Part shown: piece after piece, positions 1-12,700 of the stretch | Layout of the letters: every line of letters starts with the position of its first letter | Numbering within the stretch: position 1 is the stretch's first letter | Assembly: GCA_040954595.2 (NCBI GenBank) | Contig: CM082581.2 | Span: forward strand, 2,162,699 to 2,226,698 | Source of the DNA: Balanoglossus misakiensis | Taxonomy: Eukaryota > Animalia > Hemichordata | Direction: 5' to 3' | Length of the DNA stretch: 64,000 nucleotides | Position numbers and translations under genes: made by a program | Notes under the pieces: generated by a model | What the model was told of the DNA's origin: nothing | The model's input: the letters and a program-made list of their open reading frames with translations, nothing else | Databases searched by the model: none

Positions 1-2755
1 TATACCCTGATGCAAAGAATCAGATTCAATGTCATCGTTGCATTAGCAATGTCAAATTACAGTGCTTTTGGACACGTATTAAACCAGGGATTTATCATCA
101 ACTTGAAATCCCCATATGCATTTAATACCAATGTCAAAGTGAAGTGATTGCATCACTATCTACCCTGATGCATCATCAACCTTGCTTCGCCATTTGCCCT
201 GATGCAAAGAATCAGATTCAATGTCATCGTTGCATTAGCAATGTCAAATTAGAGTGCTTTTGGCCACGTATTAACCTATGGATTCACAGTTAACATTAAA
301 TACCCATGTGAAAGTGCAGAGTTTGCATCACCATCTACTCTGATGCATCATTGAGCTTGCATGCCATTTGCCCTAATGCAAAGAATCCCATTCAATGTCA
401 CCATTGCATATGCAATGTCAAAGTACAGTGCTTTCCGCCACGTATTAACCCAGGGATTTACAGACAACTTTAAATCCCCCTGTAGGCATTTTATACCCAT
501 GTTAAAGTGCAGAGCTTGCATCACTATCTACCCTGATGCATCATCAACCTTGCTTCGCCATTTACCCTGATGCAAAGAATCAGATTCAATGTCATCGCTG
601 CATTAGCAATGTCAAAGTACAGTGATTTTGGACACGTATTAACCCAGGGATTTACAGACAACTTTAAATCCCCCTGTAGGCATTTTATACCCATGTCAAA
701 GTGAAGTGTTTGCATCACTATCTACCCTGATGCATCATCAACCTTGCTACGCCATTTACCCTGATGCAAAGAATCATATTCAATGTCATCGTTATATTAG
801 CAATGTCAAAGTACAGTGCTTTTGGACACGTATTAACCCAGGGATTTATCATCAACTTGAAATCCCCATATGCATTTAATACCCATGTCAAAGTGAAGTG
901 ATTGCATCACTATCTATCCTGATGCATCATCAACCTTGCTTCGCTATTTGCCCTGATGCAAAGAATCAGATTCAATGTCATCGTTGCATTAGCAATGTCA
1001 AATTAGAGTGCTTTTGGCCACGTATTAACCTATGGATTTACATTTAACATTAAATACCCATGTGAAAGTGCAGAGTTTGCATCACCATCTACTCTGATGC
1101 ATCATTGAGCTTGCTTCGCCATTTGCCCTAATGCAAAGAATCCCATTCAATGTCACCATTGCAAATGCAATGTCAAAGTACAGTGCTTTCCGCCACGTAT
1201 TAACCCAGGGATTTACAGCCAACTTTAAATCCCCCAGTAGGCATTTTATACCCATGTCAAAGTGCAGAGCTTGCATCACTATCTACCCTGATGCATCATC
1301 AACCTTGCTTCGCCATTTACCCTGATGCAAAGAATCAGATTCAATGTCATCGTTGCATTAGCAATGTCAAAATACAGTGCTTTTGGACACGTATTAACCC
1401 AGGGATTTACAGACAACTTTAAATCCCCCTGTAGGCATTTTACACCCATGTCAAAGTGAAGTGTTTGCATCACTATCTACCCAGATGCATCATAAAGCTT
1501 GCTACGCCATTTACCCTGATGAAAAGAATCAGATTCAATGTCATCGTTGCATTAGCAATGTCAAATTAGAGAGCTTTTGGCCACGTATTAACCTATGGAT
1601 TTACATTTAACATTAAATACCCATGTGAAAGTGCAGAGTTTGCATCACCATCTACTCTGATGCATCATTGAGCTTGCTTCGCCATTTGCCCTAATGCAAA
1701 GAATCCCATTCAATGTCACCATTGCATATGCAATGTCAAAGTACAGTGCTTCCCGCCACGTATTAACCCAGGGATTTACAGACAACTTTAAATCCCCCAG
1801 TAGGCATTTTATACCCATGTCAAAGTGCAGAGCTTGCATCACTATCTACCCTGATGCATCATAAAGCTTGCTACGCCATATACCCTGATGCAAAGAATCA
1901 GATTCAATGTCATCGTTGCATTAGCAATGTCAAATTACAGTGCTTTTGGACACGTATTAACCCACAGATTTTTCAACAACCTGAAATCCCCATATGCATT
2001 TTATACCCATGTCAAAGTGCAGAGCTTGCATCACTATCTACCCTGATGCATCATCAACCTTGCTTCGCCATTTGCCCTGATGCAAAGAATCAGATTCAAT
2101 GTCATCGTTGCATTAGCAATGTCAAATTAGAGTGCTTTTGGCCACGTATTAACCTATGGATTTACATTTAACATTAAATACCCATGTGAAAGTGCAGAGT
2201 TTGCATCACCATCTACTCTGATGCATCATTGAGCTTGCTTCGCCATTTACCCTGATGCAAAGAATCTGATTCAATGTCATCGTTGCATTAGCAATGTCAA
2301 AGTACAGTGCTTTTGGACACGTATTAACCCAGGGATTTATCATCAACTTGAAATCCCCATATGCATTTAATACCCATGTCAAAGTGAAGTGATTGCATCA
2401 CTATCTACCCTGATGCATCATCAACCTTGCTTCGCCATTTGCCCTGATGCAAAGAATCAGATTCAATGTCATCGTTCCATTAACAATGTCAAAATAGAGT
2501 GCTTTTGGCCACGTATTAACCTATGGATTTACATTTAACATTAAATACCCATGTGAAAGTGCAGAGCTTGCATCACCATCTACTCTGATGCACCATTGAG
2601 CTTGCTTCGCCATTTGCCCTAATGCAAAGAATCCCATTCAATGTCACCATTGCAAATGCAATGTCAAAGTACAGTGCTTTCCGCCACGTATTAACCCAGG
2701 GATTTACTGACAACTTTAAATCCCCCTATACACATTTTATACCCATGTCAAAGTG
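1..2755. repeat. Satellite DNA array, ~15 monomers of 175, 192 and 194 bp in irregular higher-order arrangement; truncated by the window start
   Basis: The anchor TGCAAAGAATC recurs at 11, 203, 377, 571, 765, 957, 1132, 1326, 1520 (variant), 1695, 1889, 2081, 2256, 2448 and 2623. The repeated short ORFs in the track are by-products of the array. Confidence 0.95.
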
Positions 2756-2794
2756 CCAGGGTTCGAACCCATGATCCTCTAACCACTGGACTAT
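2756..2794 (-). mobile_element. Truncated tRNA-derived (SINE-like) head at the satellite boundary
   Basis: The minus strand reads ATAGTCCAGTGGTTAGAGGATCATGGGTTCGAACCCTGG, with A-box-like TAGTCCAGTGG and B-box GGTTCGAACC. The anticodon arm is missing, so it is not a tRNA gene. Confidence 0.5.
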
Positions 2795-3999
2795 GACTAT
2801 GTGACAGAATGACCTTTCTGTATGGTGCCTTGTTTAGCTCCTAGTCAGATTTCAAGAAAATGTGGAAAAGTGCAAATTAGTCTCTTTGAATTTCCAACAA
2901 CTCAGTTTGTCAGCTCCCATATCCCAGTTCTCTGACCAGTTCCCGTTCTTCTTAGATGTCACAATACTGATCACAAGACATGCAGTTGTACACTTTGCGG
3001 AAAACATTATGAATATATGCAGATAAGAAAAGACTTACTTGTGGGCAATTTAAACACAACATTTTGAGTAAAGTGGGTAAAATAGGATTAAAGTTGGTTT
3101 ATAAAGGCATATCGAAAAGAATCTACTTCAATTTGTTCATTTCTGAAATTTGAGAATATGAATATGCATGTTTTATTTGCCATATATGAACACCAATGAA
3201 AAGTTATGTTTCCAGCTTAGGTATTGGTGGATTTGAACCACCTGACATCAGAAGACGCCTCCAGAATACCTCTAATTTGGTTGCATAATTTTCATGTGAA
3301 TGTTCATAATATAGCGATTGATTAATCCCTAATTTTTTTATTTTTATTTTTTTTTGGGGGGGGGGGGGGGGGGGGGCTGGAGGGGGGTGGAGGTTCAAGT
3401 AGTAAATCTTGCAGGCCAATTTGAAACAATGTGTCATGTAGTTAACCTGAAAGAAATTAACACAAATAGTTTCTGCTCTTTTTGAAACAAGGTGTCATGT
3501 GGTTGAACTGTGACAATGGGCCAGTCAAAATAGCATCTGCAAATTATGCACACAATAGAGTGATGGGTTAGTGGGTTAAGTTTACTTTTACCTTAGCATT
3601 ATATAACACACTATCGTGTACATAATCTCGCAGAGCTCTATCATAATTGTTTTCAAATAAAGCAAGATAGCTACTTGTATGATTACATATCTAATTTACG
3701 CGCCTAAAGGGCAGTTAAAAACCTCAGACCAGTTACAAAAGAGGAAAAAAAACTGTCCTCTCCTCCTCTCACCCCATGATCTAAGCTAAATTTGGAATTT
3801 GGATGGGGTGGGGAGGTTTAGCTAACCTAACATGTTCTGCCTGTCTGTCGCGTACAATGTGTCCATGCGCGAATACGATCACGGGTACCGTTGCGAGAAA
3901 TTCCACCGAATAACGATGCTGACGAGTATTATCTATCTGAGAAATAATAGCATGTTATTCATAAAACATACACATTAACCAATTAATGAACCAACATGA

Positions 4000-4545
4000 T
4001 TATTAGACCCTGGACACTTATTTAATGTTATATCATTATTATACCTCTGTCATCATCATCAATATTAACACCCTTGTATACTTAATATCACCATAAGCCA
4101 TCACCGCAATTATTAATCGTTATTATACCCTTCCATGATTGTTACCTTTATTAAACCCGACACAGTTATCACCATTTATTATACCCTTCTCATTCATATA
4201 CCCATTATAACCTGTGTACACAAGTCATCATCATATTATAAACCCATTATTATACCTTTTATACCAGTCACATTTGTTACCCTATTATCATTCCCTTCAT
4301 CCAAAAAACCACTGTTACCCCTGTATAACCTGTGTACACTCAAATTTTACCATAAGCCATCATCACATTTGTAACCCTTTTATTAAACCATTCATATTTG
4401 TTCGCCTTTATTATACCATACACATTTATGAACCTATTATCATACCCTGCACAAAGCCATTGCTGTTAACCTCATTTTAGCATAAGTAATCACTACCAAT
4501 TATTAACCTGATTTATTGGACTATTAAGTTTTATATTACGATCAC
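4000..4545. repeat. G-poor low-complexity tract, probably a decayed minisatellite
   Basis: Recurrent ATTATTATACCC and CCATTATTA-like words with strong G depletion on the plus strand. Confidence 0.6.
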
Positions 4546-4611
4546 TTCGTTTTGTACTCCTATATAACTCTACCTCATAATTTCGGTCAATAGGTTTATT
4601 ATGTTGAAACT

Positions 4612-5210
4612 CCACTTCTCCATCCTTCCACATCTCCATCCTTTAAGTTGACGCTCCACGGCACCATCCATCCACCAAAGTTTATATTTCAGCAGGTTGA
4701 CTATGGTTGACGCCCCGCACCATCCATCCATCAAAGTTTAATATTAGTAGGTTGACTATGGTTGACACTCCGCTCCATCCATCCATCCATCAAATTTTAC
4801 GTTAGTAGGTTGATTATGGTGTTACCAGTGAGCCCTACAGGAAAAAAAAGAGAAAAAAGAGAAAAAAAACTCTTCTTCTCCATCCTTCCACTTCTCCATC
4901 GTTTAAGTTGACGCTCCATGGCACTATCCATCCATCAAAGTTTATATTTCAGCAGGTTGACTATGGTTGACGCTCCGCCCCATCCATCCATCAAAGTTTA
5001 TATTTAGTAGGTTGACTATGGTTGACGCTCCGTTCCATCCATCCATCAAAGTTTAATATTAGTAGGTTGACTATGGTTGACGCTCCGCTCCATCCATCCA
5101 TCAAAGTTTATATTAGTAGGTTGACTATGGTTGACACTCCGCTCCACCCATCCATCAAATTTTACGTTAGTAGGTTGATTATGGTGTTACCATTGGGGCC
5201 TACAGGGAAA
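4612..5210. repeat. ~60-bp minisatellite inside a duplicated ~260-340-bp block
   Basis: The unit CCATCCATCAAAGTTTATATTAGTAGGTTGACTATGGTTGACGCTCCG is repeated. The block starting CTTCTCCATCCTTCCAC occurs at ~4615 and ~4875, and both copies end in CCTACAGG plus an A/G-rich tract. Confidence 0.9.
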
Positions 5211-5326
5211 AAAAGAAGAGAAGAGAGAAAAAAGAAAGAAAGAAAGGAAGAGAGAGAGAAGAAGAAGAGTACCGGTGGGACCTACAGAAGAAAAAAGAAT
5301 GAAAGAATTAAATACATGAAATCAAT

Positions 5327-6690
5327 GATAATTAAAGCTGCAAGCAGCGTTGGTGGGGCACAAACGGTTCCCATGGTAACCAGCGAATCCCAAAGCTGTA
5401 TCTGCTGTGGATACCAAGATATGGGAAAGTAGGTCAAAGGTCACCTGAGTTCACCCAAATTTGGGCGAAACATTTTGACACCATACTTGTCCATGACCAA
5501 CAAAAACCAAACCTCTAGCCCTATTGGTTAGCCTGGAATTAGATATGTGCATAATTAATGAGGTAACATAAAAGACCCCAAAAGGTGTTCAATCCCTCCA
5601 AAAGCCAAGGCTCTATCCTGTCTGGATGCCGAGATATAGGGAAGAAGGTCAAAGGTCACCTGAGGTCACCAAAATTTGAGCAAAATTTTGACACCACATA
5701 TGTCCTTATACAACAAAAACCAAACATCTAGCCCTGTTGGTTAGCTTGGAATAAGATATGCACATAATTAATGAGGTATTGTGTAAGACTCTATTAGGTG
5801 GTCAATCCCCCCATAGCCAGGGCTGTAACTGCTCTGGAAGCTGAGATATGGGAAAGTAGGTCAAAGGTCACCCAAAATTTGGGCATAAAAGTTTGACCCC
5901 ATAGTGGGCCATGTCCAACAAAAACCAGACCTGGAGCCCTATTGGTTAGCCTGGATTTAGATATGCAGAAAAATGATGTTTCAGAAATAGGTCAAAGGTC
6001 ATTGCCAAAATATTTGTGTCATGTCCTGACAGCATTGGTACCCATGTCCACAAAATTCATGACTGTAGTGCTTTTACAAGAGGAGGTATGGGGAATATGC
6101 ATATATAATTAGTTGGTTTAAAACTGGGTCAAAGGTCATGTGAAAATTGCCCCCCAAAATTGTGACAAGTTCCGGTCATATGATGACTTATATCCACAAA
6201 AATAATTTCCTTGGTGTCAACATTTTGGCTATAGAACGGAATTTACATTTTTCAATGGTTTTCAGGAAATCCAATATGGCCGCCATAATGATCGACCAAT
6301 CACAGTGCACTTCGCAAACTTGAAAGACATAGGTTAGGTGACTGCATACCCCGAATCCCATAACTCGGCGATCACTGCTTCTGGAGAAGAAGATTTTAAA
6401 AGTTTTAAGTAGTTTTTCAGAAAAAAAATTGTAGCAAAAAAACTTTATATTTGACATCATGATTTCAATGGGGTAAAATGATGGACAGAAGGTAGGCTAC
6501 CTGCACACAAAATTTGAACTCGATTGGCCCAGTAGTTTTTGAGAAGGAGTCATTTAACGGTTTTCGGAAAATCTAATATGGCCGCCAGGTCACGTGACTA
6601 ATTAAATATTCACGGCCACTCTAGGTCTACTCATTGGCCCCTATCACCCTACCAAGTTTCAGCCCTGTAGGTGCTGCGGTTTTCCAGATC
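5327..6690 (+). mobile_element. Non-autonomous interspersed element with internal ~215-bp subrepeats, possibly Helitron/Helentron-derived; apparent founder of the downstream macrosatellite
   Basis: Starts ATTAAAGCTGCAAGCAGCGTTGG. Internal repeats contain AGGTCAAAGGTCA at 5431, 5646, 5858 and 5989, plus AATCCAATATGGCCGCC and CCAAGTTTCAG motifs. No ORF. The superfamily is an inference. Confidence 0.5.
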
Positions 6691-6779
6691 TACCTCGCCT
6701 GGCTTGTGCCCCTTATGATAGCATTAATGTTGCAAGCCAGCCCAACCCAACAAACTGAGGGTCAAGGGGTACATATGGT

Positions 6780-9700
6780 CAATTAATAAAAAAAATAAGG
6801 TGCGACCAACATTGCCTAGGTCTAAGCAGTTCCTATGGATACCAGAGAGTGCCAATGCTATATCTGCTATGTTTATAGGAAAGTTGATCAAAGGTCACCA
6901 AGAGCTCACCCAAAATTGTCAACAAATTTTTCTTCCAAAATGATCAGTGTAAAATGAAAAACAAGACTTCTGGCTCTATTAGTTAACCTGGTTATTAGGT
7001 GTTCCAGCCTTCAAAATTGTAAGACGTTATCTACTGTGCATGCCAAGGCATGGAAAAATAGGTCCATCAAAAATGTCCAAAACCAAAGCCATCAAAAATG
7101 TCAGAAAAAATTTTGATTGCATAGTGGTCTATGTTCAAGGAAACCCAGACTCAAAGCTTCATTGTCTAGTCTACAATTACGTAAGCACATATTTATAAGA
7201 TTATCATTGGTCAAGAAATTCAGCAAAAAAATTAAGTCCAAAAGTAGAGCATGTTCATAAAAAATTCAACCTGTAACAATATGGGTAAGCTCAGCATTAG
7301 ATATGCACATATTTAATAAGGTCAACATTGGTCCAGTGGATTCCAAATGTAACAAAAATACCTAAGTCCCATACTTGTCCATATACATCAAAAACCAAAC
7401 CTCTAGTGCTACTAGTCTTGCCGCAATAAGATATTCAGAAAAGAATACAGGTGCCAAATGTAGAACGAAGTTCAATGCCAAAATATGTCCTGGCAGCAGT
7501 AATGTGACAAAAATCATCACTGTTGTGCTTTTCAACAAGAGGCACATCCACGAATAATTAAGTTCTGAAAAAAACTAGATCAAAATACATGCGAAAATTG
7601 CCAAAAAAAATGCAATGTATTCTGGTCATATGAAGACTCGTATCTATAAAAAGAATTGGTGTGCAATCAATGAGTAACCCAGAAAAAGGAAATTTTAGTT
7701 TTTAATCAGAATTCATAAAATCCAATTTGGCTTCAATAAGCTTTAATTAAGTTCTGAAAGATCTGGATCAAAGAACAAATGAAAGTTGCCAAAAATTTGT
7801 ATTATTAGGTGTTGAAAAAGGTTGGATCAAAGGACATGTGAAAGTTGCCAAAAAATTGTAACATATTCTAGTCGTATGGTGACTCATATCCATTAAAGGA
7901 ATTTGTATGCAATCAATGCATAGGCTAAAAATAGGAAAATTTAGTTCTTAATCGGAGTTTAGAAAATCTAATTTGGCTCCAATGAGATTTAACCAATCAA
8001 AATTCACTTGAAAACTTGATTAGATAAAAAAATGACAATTATAATGAGATTTTCAAAAATCCAATAAGGCATCAAAAGTCACATGACCACTAATGATATT
8101 ATTGTCAAACTTTGAACCGGACAGTCAATTAGTAATTGATTTGCCCTGCAGTTTTGAAAAAATATGTCAACTTGTAGAAATTATCAGAAAATCCAATATG
8201 GCCGTCATGAAGAAGACAATTAAACTTACAAGCAGCATTGCAGGGGCTAAACTGGTTAGCATGGTTTCAAAAGAAAGCAAAGGCTGTATCTGTTGTGGAT
8301 GCCAAGAAATGGTAAAGTACTTCATTAGGTGTTCCAGTCCTCTAAATTTGAAACATGCATCTGCTGTGCATGCCAGGTTATGGGAACGTAGATCAAAGGT
8401 CATTGCCAAAATTATCAAAAAATAAGGTTATGTTCCGGCAGCAGCAGTACTCATGTAAACAAAATCATGACTGTTTTCCTTTTTAACAAGAATCGTATCC
8501 ACATACAATTAAGTTCAGAATACACTGGATCAAAGGACATGTGTAGTTGTCAAAATTTTGTATAATCAAGTTCTGAGAAAACTGGATCAAAAACATGTAT
8601 TCTGGTCATATGGCGACTCGTATCCATACAAAAGTTTTATCCAATAAGGTTGAACCAATCACAATTCACTTGAAAACTTAAGTAGAAAAAGATTTTTGAC
8701 ATTTTTAATGAGATTTTTCAAAAATCCATAATAAATCCAAAGTCACATGACCACTAACATTATTATTGAAAAAATTGGAACCGCACAGTAAATTAGAACT
8801 TTATTGGCCTTGTAATTTTTGAAAAGAGTCAACTTTTAAAGGTTATCAGAAAATCCAATATGGCTGCCATGACGAAGACAAAGCTAAAAGCAGCATTGGA
8901 GGGACGAATGTGGTTAGCATGGTTCCAACAGAAAGCAAAGGCTGTATCTGTAGCAGATGCCGAGAAATGGTAAAGTAAGCCAGAGGTCATGCAAAATTGT
9001 GCTAACAAAATTTGATATCAAACTGATCAGTGTCCAACAAAATCCAGACTTCTAAGCTATATTGGTTAACTTGAAATTGCTTATGTACATAATTATTGTG
9101 TTAACGTTTAATACTTCATTAGGTATTCCAGTCCTAAAAATTTGAAGGCTGTATCTGCTGTACATTCCAAGGCATGGGATAGTAGATCAAAGGTCATTGC
9201 CAAAGTTATCAAAAGATTTGGGTTATGTCCTGGCAGCAGTAGTACTCATGTGAACAAAATCATGACTGTTGTGCTTTTTAACAAGAGGCATATCCACATA
9301 AAATTAAGTAGTGAACAAAAATGGATTAGAGAATGTGTGAAAGTTGCCAAAAAATGTAACGTATTCTAGTCATATGGTGACTCATATCCATAAAAAATAG
9401 TTGTGTGCTATCAATTAGTAGGCAAGAAATAGGAAAATGTATTTGTTAATCGGATTTTAGAAAATTCAATTTGGCTCCAATAAGGTTAAACCAATCACAA
9501 TTCACTTGAGAACATGATTAGGAAAAATAAATGAGATTTTTTAATGAGATTTTCAAAAATCCAATAAGGCATCCAAAGTCACATGACCACTAATGATATT
9601 ATTGTCAAACTTTGTGAACAGTAAATTAGAACTTGATTCGCCCTGCAGTTTTGAAGAAAGTCAATTTTTATAGATTATCAGAATATCCTATATGGCAACC

Positions 9701-12700
9701 ATGAAGGAGACAATTAAAGCAACATGCAGCATTGCAGGGGCCAAAGTGGTTAGCATGGTTCCAACACAAAGCAAAGGCTGTATCTGTTATGGATGCTGAG
9801 AAATGGTTAAGTAAGTCAGAGGTCATGCAAAATTGTGCTAACAAAATTTGATATCACACTGATCCGTATCCAACAAAAAGCCAGACTTCTAACTCTATTG
9901 GTTAATTTGAAAAAGCTTATGTACATAAATATTGTGTTAAAGTTTAAACTTCATTAGATGTTTAAGTCCTCCAAATTTGAAGAATGTATCTGCTGTGCAT
10001 GCCAAGTTATGGGGAAGTACATCAAAGGTAATTGCCAAAATTATCAAAATATATTTGTTATGTCCTGGCAGCAGTAGTACTAATGTGAACAAAATCATGA
10101 CTGTTGTGCTTTTAACAAGAAGCATATCCACATAAAATTTAGTTCTGGAATTACTGTATCAAAGGAGATGCGAGAGTCACCAGCAAATTGAAATATATTC
10201 TTGTCATATGGTGACTCATATCCATAAAAATTATTTGTGTGCTTTCAATGAGTAGGCTAGAAATAGGAAATTTTAGTTTTTAATCGGAGATCAGAAAATC
10301 CAATATGGGTCCAATTAGTTTTAACCAATCACAATTTACTTGAAAACTTGATTAGAAATAGATTTTTGATTTGTTTTATGATATTTTTCAAAAATCCAAT
10401 TATGCATCCAAAGCCACATGACCACTACTGATACTATTATTGTCAAACATTGAACCGCACAGTAAATTAGAACTTGATTGGCCCTGTATTTTTTGAAAAA
10501 AAATGTCAAGTTTTAAAGGTTATCCGAAAATCCAATATGGCCACCATGAAGAAGACAATTAATACTAAAAGCAGCATTGGAGGGACCAAAGCGGTTAGCA
10601 TGGTTCGAACAGAAAGCAAAGGCTGTATCTGTTATGGATGCTGAGAAATGGTAAGTAAGCGAGAGGTCACGCAAATTTGGGCCAACAAATTTCGATATCA
10701 AACTGAGCTGTGTCCAACAGAAAACAGACTTCTCAGCTCTATTGGTTAACTTGAAATTGCTTATGTACATAATTATTGTGTTAAAGTTTAATACTTCATT
10801 AGGTGTTTCAGTCCTCTAAATATTTTGTTTATTTCCTGGCAGCAGAAAGCAAAGGCTGCATCTGTTATAGATGCAAAACTCCTGTGAACAAAATCATGAC
10901 TGGTGTGCTTTTTGACAAGAAGCATATCCACGCACAATTAAGTTCTGGAAAAAATGGATCAAAGGACATTCGAAAATTGCCCAAAAATTGTAATATAATC
11001 TGGTCATGTGGTGACTCATATCTATTAAAAGAATTTGGGTAGGCTAGAAATAGGATTTTTTTTAAATCGTGTGTTTAGAAAATCCGATTTGGCTTTAATT
11101 AGGATAAACCAATCACAATTCACTTGAAAACGTGATTAGGAAAAGATTTGTGAAATTTTTCATGAGATTTTTCAAAAATCCAATATGGCAACCAAAGTGA
11201 CATGACCACTAATGATATTATTGTCAAACATTAAACCGCACAGTAAATTAGAACTTGATTTGCCTTGTAGTTGTTGAAAAGATGTAAATTTTTAAGTGTT
11301 ATCATAATATCCAATATGGCCACCATTAAGAAGAAATGGGATGGGCCCAAGCAGTTAGCATGGTTCCAACAGAAAGCAAAGGATGTTTTGTTAAAAAAAT
11401 CATATGAAAACTCATGTGTTCGAAAGAGCATACAGTGTGGTTTAACCGTGAGCGTCATTGGGCAAAATTTCTTTTTGGATTTTGGCGCTATATAAACTTT
11501 TTTGCTTGATTGATTTGATTTGATTTTGTTGTGGATGCAAAGAAATGGTAAAGTAAGCCAGAGGTCACGCAAAATTGTGACACAAATTTTTGATCTTAAA
11601 CTGATCAGTGTCAAACAAAAAACCAGATTTCTAAGCTCTATTGGTTAACTTGAAATAGATTATGTACAAAATTATTGTGTAAAAGTTTAATACTTTATTG
11701 GGTGTTGCAGTCCACCAAATTTGAAGGCTGTATCTGCTGTACATGCCAAGGCATGGGATAGTAGATCAAAGGTCATTGCCAAAATTATCAAAAGATTTGG
11801 GTTATGTCCTGGCAGCAGTAGTACTCATGTGAACAAAATCATGACTGTTGTGCTTTTTAACAAGAGGCATATCCACATAAAATAAGTTCTGGAATTACTG
11901 GATCAAAGAACATGTGGAAGTAGTCTAATAATTATGATATATTCTGGTCCTATGGTGACTCGTATCCATAAAAAGAATTTGTGTGGTTTCAATGAGCACG
12001 CTAGAAATAGGAAATTTTAGTCTTTTATCGGAGATCAGAAAATCCAATTTGGCTCCAATAAGGTTTACCCAATCACATTTTACTTGAAAACTTGATTAGA
12101 AATAAATGTTTTGAAATTTTTTTATTCTATTTTTCAAAAATCCAAAGCCACATGACCACTAACGATATTATTGTCAAACATTGAACCACACAGTCAATTT
12201 GAACTTGATTGGCCCTGTAGTTTTTGAAAAAAATGTCACCTTTTAAAGGTTAACCGAAAATCCAATATGGCCACCATGAGCAAGACAATTACAACTAAAA
12301 GCAGCATTGGAGGGACCAAAGTGGTTAGCTTTCATCCAACAGAAAGCAAAGGCTGTATCTGTTATTGATGCTGAGAAATTGTAAGTAAGCCAGAGGTCAC
12401 GCAAATTTGGGCCAACAAATTTTGATATCAAACTGAGGTGTGTCCAACAGAAAACAGACTTCTAAGCTCTATTGGTTAACTTGAAATAGCTTATGTACAT
12501 AGTTATTGTGTTAAAGTTTAATTCTTCATAAGGTGTTCCAGTCCACCAAATTTGAAGGCTGTATCTGCTGTACATGCCAAGGCATGGGATAGTAGATCAA
12601 AGGTCATTGCCAAAATTATCTAAAAGATTTGGGTTATGTCCTGGCAGCAGTAGTACTCATGTGAACAAAATCATGACTGTTGTGCTTTTTAACAAGAGGC

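Noticed and set aside
3340-3392. Poly-T/poly-G run with G-quadruplex potential
   Set aside because: Similar homopolymer runs are scattered through the window (18070, 26396, 27936, 29453, 36785) with no specific context.
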